A stretch of 56,198 nt of DNA, from assembly GCA_947601485.1 (NCBI GenBank), contig CANQGF010000001.1:1-56198 (forward strand), given 5' to 3'. This document shows, piece after piece, positions 35,365 through 42,487 of this stretch (positions within the stretch are counted from its first letter, which is position 1; each line of letters starts with the position of its first letter). Both the position numbers and the translations under genes were made by a program. The notes beneath the pieces are model-generated. The model saw nothing but the letters and a program-made list of their open reading frames with translations. It had not been told where the DNA came from and ran no database searches. Source of the stretch: an uncultured Bacilli bacterium (GTDB lineage: Bacteria; Bacillota_I; Bacilli_A; RF39; UBA660).

Positions 35365-36602
35365 AATTCACCCTCCTTACTACATCCAAATCCCATAATC
35401 ATATAAAATATTGGAGCTACAGTAATACTACTAATATTAAATAACGCTTGAATTAAGTAACCAATTAGCATATATAATATTCCTTTATTTTTTGAACTAT
35501 GTAATACATAGCTTAAAAAACTTAAATAAACTATTAAAGTAAATACTCCTTCTGTTAAAAGAATTTGAATATATTCATTATGAGCTTTATCAAAACACTC
35601 AACAGGTGAACAAATATAAAAACCATCATTTAAGTAACCAAAATTATCAATTCCAATACCAGTTTTATAATATTTAGGAACTTTTTTTAAACTTTCTTTC
35701 CACACATATATTCTGTAATTCCCAGTTTTATCGGTAATTCCATTTTTAAAAATATCAACAATCTCCATAGTATTATTTTTAATTGTTTTAAATATCCACT
35801 TATTAGTAAATATATTTAAAATACTTAAAAATAAAACTGATAATACTAATATTTCTATTCCTTTAATACTTATTTTTTTTATATTTTGCCGATTTATTTT
35901 TTTTATTAAAGTAAATACCATAATAAGTATAGCGCTTAATATACAACTGGAAGTATTACCAATAATTAAACCATACCAAAATAAAATAAATAATATTCCA
36001 TTTAAAATTTTATTTTTATCCGTTTTTACTAATAAATACCAAATATATAATAAACACATTAAAATATATGATGAATAAATATTAGGATTACCAAACGTTC
36101 CACTAGCAGCCTTATATCTATTACTAAAATTATGACTTCGGTCATACCCTAAAATATTATTTATTTTTAAATTTTGAAAAGTTCCCAGTAATATCTGCAT
36201 CAAACCAAAACCAACAAAAGTTAATAATAATCTTTTTTGCCATTTTTTATCTATCGTAGACGATAGTAAAAAAATAGCATAATAACTAAATAAAGTTTTT
36301 AATCCCTCATGTCTTCCTATTGCACCATTTAAAGCCACATCTTTTTTATAGGCAAATACATAAGAAATAAATCCAAATATTAATAAAAGTATGATAAAGA
36401 TATCTTTAATCTTTATTTTTTCTTTACGCATTATTTTATTAATAATATACAAAATTAAAGCTATTATACCTAATATAAATAGACATTTAGAAAATTCTAA
36501 ATGTTGAATAGTATTTTTACAAATTAAAATTGTTCCTATATTTAAAAATATTATTAAAATAAATAAAAATATTATAGATCCTTTATTTATTATTTTTTTC
36601 AT
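35361..36602 (-). CDS. O-antigen ligase/polymerase (Wzy-like) family membrane protein
   Basis: Polytopic protein with the characteristic AHNEYIQILLTEG motif in a late loop. Confidence 0.75.
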   Translation of the reverse strand: MKKIINKGSIIFLFILIIFLNIGTILICKNTIQHLEFSKCLFILGIIALILYIINKIMRKEKIKIKDIFIILLLIFGFISYVFAYKKDVALNGAIGRHEGLKTLFSYYAIFLLSSTIDKKWQKRLLLTFVGFGLMQILLGTFQNLKINNILGYDRSHNFSNRYKAASGTFGNPNIYSSYILMCLLYIWYLLVKTDKNKILNGILFILFWYGLIIGNTSSCILSAILIMVFTLIKKINRQNIKKISIKGIEILVLSVLFLSILNIFTNKWIFKTIKNNTMEIVDIFKNGITDKTGNYRIYVWKESLKKVPKYYKTGIGIDNFGYLNDGFYICSPVECFDKAHNEYIQILLTEGVFTLIVYLSFLSYVLHSSKNKGILYMLIGYLIQALFNISSITVAPIFYMIMGFGCSKEGEL

Positions 36603-36640
36603 AATTTCACAACCAATTCTTTAACCCTTTTAATTTTTAA

Positions 36641-36672
36641 AGAAGCCAATGTTGCCATTGGCTTCTTTTTTT
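36641..36672 (-). terminator. Strong hairpin terminator after the 530-aa gene (bidirectional)
   Basis: agaagccaatg-ttgc-cattggcttct, flanked by A and T runs. Confidence 0.6.
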
Positions 36673-36674
36673 AA

Positions 36675-38267
36675 CTATTCTACAATGTATGGATCTTCTT
36701 CGATCCCTGAACCAGAAGTATATAATATATCAGCATTCAGATTAATAACTGGCCTAGGATATAACAAACTATCAGCTTCTTTTTCTGTTTTTCTAGCCCA
36801 ATCACCTTCGACTATATCCATATAAAAATCCACTCTTTCATCTGAACAGTCTCCATCATCATAACAACTATAATAATAATAGGAGTACTGACTTGGAGTC
36901 ATTGTCCAAAAATCATTTCCGATGTATAAATAATTATTATTATTATTATCAGAATTTTTATATGGAGCTTCCCAAGATAAACCAGCCATTGATAATTCAT
37001 CACCATTTATTAACCCTATTTTTAATTTATATACTCCTCCGTAATCAAGAATTTCATTTTCTTTTTGATAAATTGGATCTAAACATTTTAATGAGATAGC
37101 CTTGTCTTTACTATAATAAATATATTGATATTCTTTATAATCTCCATCATTGTAATTTTTCCGTTCTGAGTCCCACATTTTATATGATGTATCATTACAA
37201 TATGTTGTTAAAGCTATTTTATCATTATATTGGGCTAGATTACTTTGATACCATTTTTCTAACTCAGTTTTTATATTGGAATCTTCTCCTATTCCTTCTG
37301 AGTTTTTAAAACTTTCATTTACAAAATCGCTTATACATGGATTATCGTTTGTACAAGGTTTGGTATTACTATATGTATATCCCCCCATTCCCTCATATTC
37401 TTCATTATCACTGTATGTATTAAATTGAGTTACACTAGGATCCTCGTTATTATTATTTAATATAAGTCTTATTGTACCATCTCCATTTATTCGTACTATA
37501 CGCCATGTTTTTTCTGCAAATTTTACGTAATTATTGTCTATTTTACCCCTAAAGTAATATGAATCTCCGTCATCATCTAGTGCCATATACAGACCGCTAC
37601 CTCCAGTTTGATCCTGAGAAGCTATTGCTACTGGCTCTGGCCACTCAAAATTAGGTTGTGTTTCGATTAACCTATTATCTGCTAATATTTTTCGAGAAAG
37701 TAAATTACCATTTTCACCAATTGCTTCTATTGTTATTTTATAAGCAAAAGATTTATCAGTTCCATCTTGTTCACTGGTATTTTCATCCATCCAATGTCGT
37801 ATATGAATAGTTTTAGTTTGCCCGGCTAAAACAAGTCCTGTGCCAATCAATCGTGATTCAGCAACACTATAATCATCTATAACTTTTTTATCAACTGGTT
37901 TAGCATCAGATAGCAATTGAGAAATACTATCAACAGCTACTTTTAAGTGACTATTATCTAAGGTTGATCCTTCTTTTTTATTTAAGATAACATTATAAGG
38001 TACAATAGTATTACATATATTTTTTATTTCTATATCATATGGATCATTTTGCATACCTTCTTCGTCTGTTTGCGGAAAGGCATCACCCATTGTAACCCCT
38101 CCACCATTAGGTTCATTATAAGTTACTTCAAAACAAGCATACGTATTTTTATTTACGCCTGTTTCAGTAAATGTTTTACTCCATATGGCATAACTTATTG
38201 CTGCGGCAGCAACAATTAAGACAGCAACTAATGTGATTATTATTACTTTTCGTTTATTTCCCTTCAT
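36675..38267 (-). CDS. Membrane-anchored surface protein (530 aa), paralog of 13888-15645
   Basis: Shares the N-terminal anchor (SYAIWS) and first domain almost colinearly, including identical 26-nt DNA stretches. It also shares the WRIVRINGDGTIRL and RPVINLNAD framework, but the middle and C-terminal loop differ. Confidence 0.85.
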   Translation of the reverse strand: MKGNKRKVIIITLVAVLIVAAAAISYAIWSKTFTETGVNKNTYACFEVTYNEPNGGGVTMGDAFPQTDEEGMQNDPYDIEIKNICNTIVPYNVILNKKEGSTLDNSHLKVAVDSISQLLSDAKPVDKKVIDDYSVAESRLIGTGLVLAGQTKTIHIRHWMDENTSEQDGTDKSFAYKITIEAIGENGNLLSRKILADNRLIETQPNFEWPEPVAIASQDQTGGSGLYMALDDDGDSYYFRGKIDNNYVKFAEKTWRIVRINGDGTIRLILNNNNEDPSVTQFNTYSDNEEYEGMGGYTYSNTKPCTNDNPCISDFVNESFKNSEGIGEDSNIKTELEKWYQSNLAQYNDKIALTTYCNDTSYKMWDSERKNYNDGDYKEYQYIYYSKDKAISLKCLDPIYQKENEILDYGGVYKLKIGLINGDELSMAGLSWEAPYKNSDNNNNNYLYIGNDFWTMTPSQYSYYYYSCYDDGDCSDERVDFYMDIVEGDWARKTEKEADSLLYPRPVINLNADILYTSGSGIEEDPYIVE

Positions 38268-38432
38268 TACTTATCCATCCTATCTTTATAACTAATATAT
38301 CTTTAGTATTTCCATTTTCAGTTTATCATATACGCATTGCTTTTTGCAAGCTATAACTAGAGAATATTAACATATTTTAGAGATGTTATATTTTACCAGT
38401 TGTCTTTTTAAGAAAATATACTATAATAATAT

Positions 38433-38446
38433 TGAACAAACGTTTG
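38433..38446 (+). promoter_or_regulatory. Candidate LexA (Cheo/SOS) box
   Basis: tGAACaaacGTTTg lies between TATAAT (38422-38427) and the RBS GGAGG (38446-38450). The Firmicute consensus is CGAAC-N4-GTTCG. Confidence 0.5.
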
Positions 38447-38455
38447 GAGGATAAT

Positions 38456-39706
38456 ATGGAAGAAAGAGATATTTTATGTATTGATTTAAAAAGTTTTTTT
38501 GCTTCTTGTGAGTGTGTAGAAAGACACTTAGACCCTTTTTCTTATCCTCTAGTTGTAGCTAGTACCAAACAAGGAAATGGTGCTATTACTTTAGCTATTA
38601 CTCCCTACCTTAAAAGTAAAGGTTTAAAATCAAGAGGTAGACTTTATGAAATACCTAAAAATATTAAATATACTATTGTTCCTCCTCGGATGAGCCTTTA
38701 TATAAAAAAAAGTAAAGAAGTAGTTAGTATTTATTTAGATTATGTTTCAGAAGATGATATGCATATTTATTCAATTGATGAAGTTTTTTTAGATGTTACA
38801 GAATATTTAAATTTATATAAGAAAACTTCTTATGAATTAGCCGAAACTATTTTAAAAGATATTTATAAGAAAACAGGTCTTACTGCTACCTGTGGAATTG
38901 GTCCTAATCTTTTATTAGCTAAAATTGCGATGGATACAGAAGCAAAGAAATATAAAAATGGGATTGCTAAATGGAGTTTTGAAGATATCCCTACGAAATT
39001 ATGGCCACTTAGTCCTTTATCTAAAGTTTGGGGTATTGGTAGTAGGATGGAAAAAAGATTAAATGCTTTAAATATTTTTTCCATCTATGACCTAGCCCAC
39101 TACCCTAAAAATAAGTTAAAAGATAAATTTGGGGTTATGGGTGAAGAATTATGGAACCATGCTAATGGCATTGATTTAAGTAGAATAAGCGACTACAAAA
39201 ATATAGCTAAAGATAAATCTATTAGTCATAGTCAAGTTTTATTTAAAGATTATAATGGTAATAATATTCGTTTAATTATTGCCGAAATGACTGATGTTTT
39301 AATGCAAAGATTAAGAGAAGAAAAAAAGCAAACTAGTTGTGTTGGTTTAGGTATAGGTTATTCTAAAAATATAGGTGGAGGTTTTTACCATGTAACTAAA
39401 TTAGATAATCCTACTGATGATGTTAAAGTTATTTTAAATACTATTTATCTTCTTTTTGATAAATATTATGATAATCTTCCTATTCGTAAAGTTAGTTTAT
39501 GTTTTTCAAGACTTAGTGAAAAAAAGATGGTTCAATTGAATATTTTTGAAACAATTAACCATATTAATACCGAAGAAAACTATAATAAGACAATTGATGA
39601 AATTAAAAATAAATTTGGGAAGAATAGTATTTTAAAAGCAACAGCTTTATTAGAAGATTCTACTGCTATCTCCCGTAATCAAAAAATAGGAGGTCATGAA
39701 CAGTGA
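38456..39706 (+). CDS. Y-family DNA polymerase (UmuC/UvrX/DinB-like)
   Basis: ILCIDLKSFFASCE N-terminus and SIDEVFLDVT catalytic motif. ATG at 38456 after GGAGG (the tracked TTG at 38432 overlaps the SOS box). Confidence 0.88.
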   Translation: MEERDILCIDLKSFFASCECVERHLDPFSYPLVVASTKQGNGAITLAITPYLKSKGLKSRGRLYEIPKNIKYTIVPPRMSLYIKKSKEVVSIYLDYVSEDDMHIYSIDEVFLDVTEYLNLYKKTSYELAETILKDIYKKTGLTATCGIGPNLLLAKIAMDTEAKKYKNGIAKWSFEDIPTKLWPLSPLSKVWGIGSRMEKRLNALNIFSIYDLAHYPKNKLKDKFGVMGEELWNHANGIDLSRISDYKNIAKDKSISHSQVLFKDYNGNNIRLIIAEMTDVLMQRLREEKKQTSCVGLGIGYSKNIGGGFYHVTKLDNPTDDVKVILNTIYLLFDKYYDNLPIRKVSLCFSRLSEKKMVQLNIFETINHINTEENYNKTIDEIKNKFGKNSILKATALLEDSTAISRNQKIGGHEQ

Positions 39707-40017
39707 ACGACCGTGGGATAATAAAATGGCAACCTTTTGCCTCTTTAATTTCTTCTAAAGAAGTTATTAATTCTATTTTAAAAGGCAAAAATAAAATAGA
39801 AAAGCCAATATTATCTTCCGACCAATTAGAAACTTTAAATGCCCTTTTAAAAGAAAGTTATTACACCCAATCCCAAACTATTATTTATTATTTTAAAAAT
39901 AATCAAATATATAAAATCACGGGTATTATAACGGAAATCAATCAAAATACTAAGATTATTACTATAAATAAACAAATAAAATTACATATTTCGCAAATTT
40001 TACAAATAAACACTTGA
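39703..40017 (+). CDS. YolD-like protein
   Basis: GIIKWQPFASL N-terminal motif. Overlaps the polymerase stop, the usual partner arrangement. Confidence 0.7.
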   Translation: MNDRGIIKWQPFASLISSKEVINSILKGKNKIEKPILSSDQLETLNALLKESYYTQSQTIIYYFKNNQIYKITGIITEINQNTKIITINKQIKLHISQILQINT

Positions 40018-40056
40018 TTTTAGTTTCATAATTTGGTAATATTAATTTGTTCGTTT

Positions 40057-40133
40057 GGGGAATTAGCTCAGCTGGCTAGAGCACCACGTTTGCACCGTGG
40101 GGGTCAAGGGTTCGAATCCCTTATTCTCCACCA
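40057..40133 (+). tRNA. tRNA-Ala (anticodon UGC)
   Basis: Acceptor ggggaat/attctcc with G3:U70, loop tt-TGC-ac, encoded CCA. Confidence 0.93.
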
Positions 40134-40211
40134 AATTGATATTAAACTCGAAACTCGAGTAAAAATATAAAACGACTTGTAGTAAAGTCGTTTTTATGTT
40201 ATGATGGATAT

Positions 40212-40320
40212 GTCAAGGAAACTTGCATAAAATAAAAAAGGAACATTTAATATTGTCTGTGTTGAGTGTTGCCAAAAAGTTGGTTCACCTAAATCATTGC
40301 TGAGTTAGGTGATTTTCTTT
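40212..40320 (+). ncRNA. Antitoxin-type sRNA, unit A
   Basis: Promoter TTGTAG (40177-40182), 17 nt, TATGAT (40200-40205). Terminator tcacctaa/ttaggtga (40285-40312) plus T-run ending at the toxin stop codon. Antisense to the toxin mRNA 3' region. Confidence 0.55.
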
Positions 40321-40402
40321 ATATTAAAACTATAAATAGTAATAATACTAATAGGAAGATAAGAATTACTAGAGAAAGAATTAAAAAATCCTTCTTGTTC
40401 AT
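40319..40402 (-). CDS. Type I toxin peptide A, 27 aa (MNKKDFLILSLVILIFLLVLLLFIVLI)
   Basis: ATG 7 nt after GGGAGG. Short basic N-terminus followed by one TM helix. Confidence 0.65.
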   Translation of the reverse strand: MNKKDFLILSLVILIFLLVLLLFIVLI

Positions 40403-40462
40403 TATATCGCCTCCCTTCTTTAGAAGTTCGGCAATCACCCAACTATTAAATGTTCCTAATAA

Positions 40463-40491
40463 ATTATATCAAACAAATGTTCCTAACACAA
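40463..40491 (-). promoter_or_regulatory. Promoter of toxin A mRNA
   Basis: Minus strand: TTGTGT (40491-40486), 17 nt, TATAAT (40468-40463). The +1 at about 40457 is the first base of the 5' arm AGGAACAUUUAAUA. Confidence 0.6.
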
Positions 40492-40562
40492 TGTTTTTAT
40501 ACTGAATTTTAAATTTAGAAAGCATACTTGATAAAGGTGTGTTTTTATGTTACGATGAATAT

Positions 40563-40673
40563 GTCAAGGAAACTTGAATAAAATAAAAAAGGGAATACTT
40601 AACAGCGTGATGTTGAGTACTCGCCAATACTTTGGGGAGCACTTAATCTTGTTAGATTGAGTGCTTTTCTTTT
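40563..40673 (+). ncRNA. Antitoxin-type sRNA, unit B
   Basis: Promoter TTGATA (40528-40533), 17 nt, TACGAT (40551-40556). Terminator agcacttaatct/agattgagtgct (40638-40665) plus T-run. Confidence 0.55.
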
Positions 40674-40683
40674 ACATAGTATA

Positions 40684-40767
40684 CTATATTACAAAAGTAA
40701 AAAGTAAGGCTATTAGTAAAAAGATAATAAGAATAAGTGATAAGATTAAAAAATCTTTCTTAGACAT
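40684..40767 (-). CDS. Type I toxin peptide B, 27 aa (MSKKDFLILSLILIIFLLIALLFTFVI)
   Basis: ATG 8 nt after GGAGG. Paralog of peptide A. Confidence 0.65.
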   Translation of the reverse strand: MSKKDFLILSLILIIFLLIALLFTFVI

Positions 40768-40828
40768 ACTATCAGCCTCCTTCCTTTTAGAAGTTGGCAA
40801 GCACTCAACTGCCAAATATTCCCAATAA

Positions 40829-40857
40829 ATTATACCAAACAATTGTTCTTGACACAA
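40829..40857 (-). promoter_or_regulatory. Promoter of toxin B mRNA
   Basis: Minus strand: TTGTGT (40857-40852), 17 nt, TATAAT (40834-40829). The +1 at about 40823 begins the 5' arm GGGAAUAUUUGGCAG. Confidence 0.6.
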
Positions 40858-40930
40858 TGTTTTTATAAGAATTTATGACAATTTCAAAAGCACACTTGAT
40901 AAAGGTGTGTTTTTATGTTACGATGGATAT

Positions 40931-41040
40931 GTCAAGGAAACTTGAATAAAGAGAAAAGGATACATTTGATTGGGGAAATCAAATGCAATCCCTTATGGAG
41001 TGCATCTGAAATCAACTATTGTTGAAATCAGATGCTTTTA
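40931..41040 (+). ncRNA. Orphan antitoxin-type sRNA, unit C (no toxin ORF)
   Basis: Same promoter as unit B (TTGATA 40896-40901, 17 nt, TACGAT 40919-40924) and the same 5' sequence gtcaaggaaacttgaataaa. Own terminator gcatctgaaatcaac/gttgaaatcagatgc (41002-41035). The toxin RBS and ORF are missing downstream. Confidence 0.45.
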
Positions 41041-41098
41041 CTATTTTAGAAGTAAAATAATAGCAAACACACTTGATAAAAGTGTGTCTTTATTAATT

Positions 41099-42487
41099 TT
41101 ATTCATCTAATAAATCTAGTGAATTTTTATATTCAGCTATTTTTTCTTTGTATTCATTTATTTTTTCTTCATATAATTCTTTTTGTTCGGCATTTAAAAT
41201 TACTTCTTCATTGTATTTTTCTTCCCAGTCTTTTATTTCTAACTCTTTTTGATTTAACTCAGTTTGTAATTTATTTAAATAACTATTACGTTCTTTAGCT
41301 TGGTATTCTTCTTGATTAGCTAATAATTTTTCAATATTATTTTTAGAAGTAATTACTTTAATTTCACTTAAACATAAATCATTATAATTATGAATTTGTT
41401 TTTTTCGTAAATCTGCAATAATTAAATTAAATATAGTTTGACCGGAAGCTTTAGGTTGTTTATGAATAGTAACTACCCCATCACTAACATTTAATTCATA
41501 ATTACTAAAATCTTTATAATAACTAATTTCAATTTTAATATTATCATTTAAACTATTATCTTCTATATAAGATATTTGTCTAGCATTTAAAATAAGTAAA
41601 TTATCTTGCATAGGATATTCTTTAGTATCTACTACTTGAGAAATATTATCAGGTGCTTTATCTATATATTTAAAATTAGCAATATCTAAAGAAGTAATTC
41701 CTAAACCAATACCTAATACTACTACACCAGATATTAAACTGATAAATGTTTTTTTAGATGGTTTTTTAATATTAAAAATAAAGTTAAATAATATTTCTAA
41801 AATAATTATATTTAAACTTAATACACCTAAAATACTAAGTATGACACCTAGATAAAATACTTTTTGAAAAATTAAAGAGATGGAAAGAGCTAGAAGTATA
41901 GCTACAAATAATAAAGAAATAATAAAAGGAATAGCTATAATTATAGCAATAAATTTAAGAAAACAAATTCCTAATTTCCCCAGAAAATCTAATATACTTA
42001 TATTTTTAGAAGTTTTTATATTAGTTTTAGTTTCATTAGTTATAATTTTAATATCTTTATGTTCTTCTTGTTTATTTAGATATTTTCTTTGAAATATATT
42101 AATAAATATAGCAAGACATATAACGATATAACTTACTTGTAAAACTACTTCCCAAACATTACCTACAAATTCTCCTAAAATAGGAATTTGCCATAAAAAG
42201 TCTCTTCCCATTTTTATTATTATATTAACAGGAATACAACATAAAATGAAAATGCCAAATATAAATACTAAAAATACTAGGAATTTGAGAAAATCTTTAA
42301 ATTTTAGATGACTAAAATAATTTAAAGTATCATCAAAGAATTTAATGACTTTATCAATATAAGTTTCTAAATTTCTTTTTGGCGTAGCTTGATTTAATTT
42401 AACTTCATTATTAACGAGTTCATCTAAAGTACATCCAAAGATTTTACTCATTGCAATTATTTTATCCATTTCCGGATAGGCAGTACC
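41099..42487 (-). pseudogene. 3' portion of an XRE-HTH membrane protein gene split by element insertion
   Basis: The frame reads G-TAYPE-MDKIIAMSKIFGCTLDELV..., which is the second half of an XRE HTH domain. Multiple TM helices and a coiled-coil tail follow. There is no RBS or plausible start of its own upstream of MDKII. Confidence 0.8.

Noticed and set aside
40140-41098. CRISPR array or simple tandem repeat downstream of tRNA-Ala.
   Set aside because: The repeat period is about 370 bp rather than 28-37 bp, and there is no repeat/spacer alternation. Each unit resolves into promoter, ORF and terminator parts of TA modules. No CRISPR-like array or cas gene was seen anywhere in the window.
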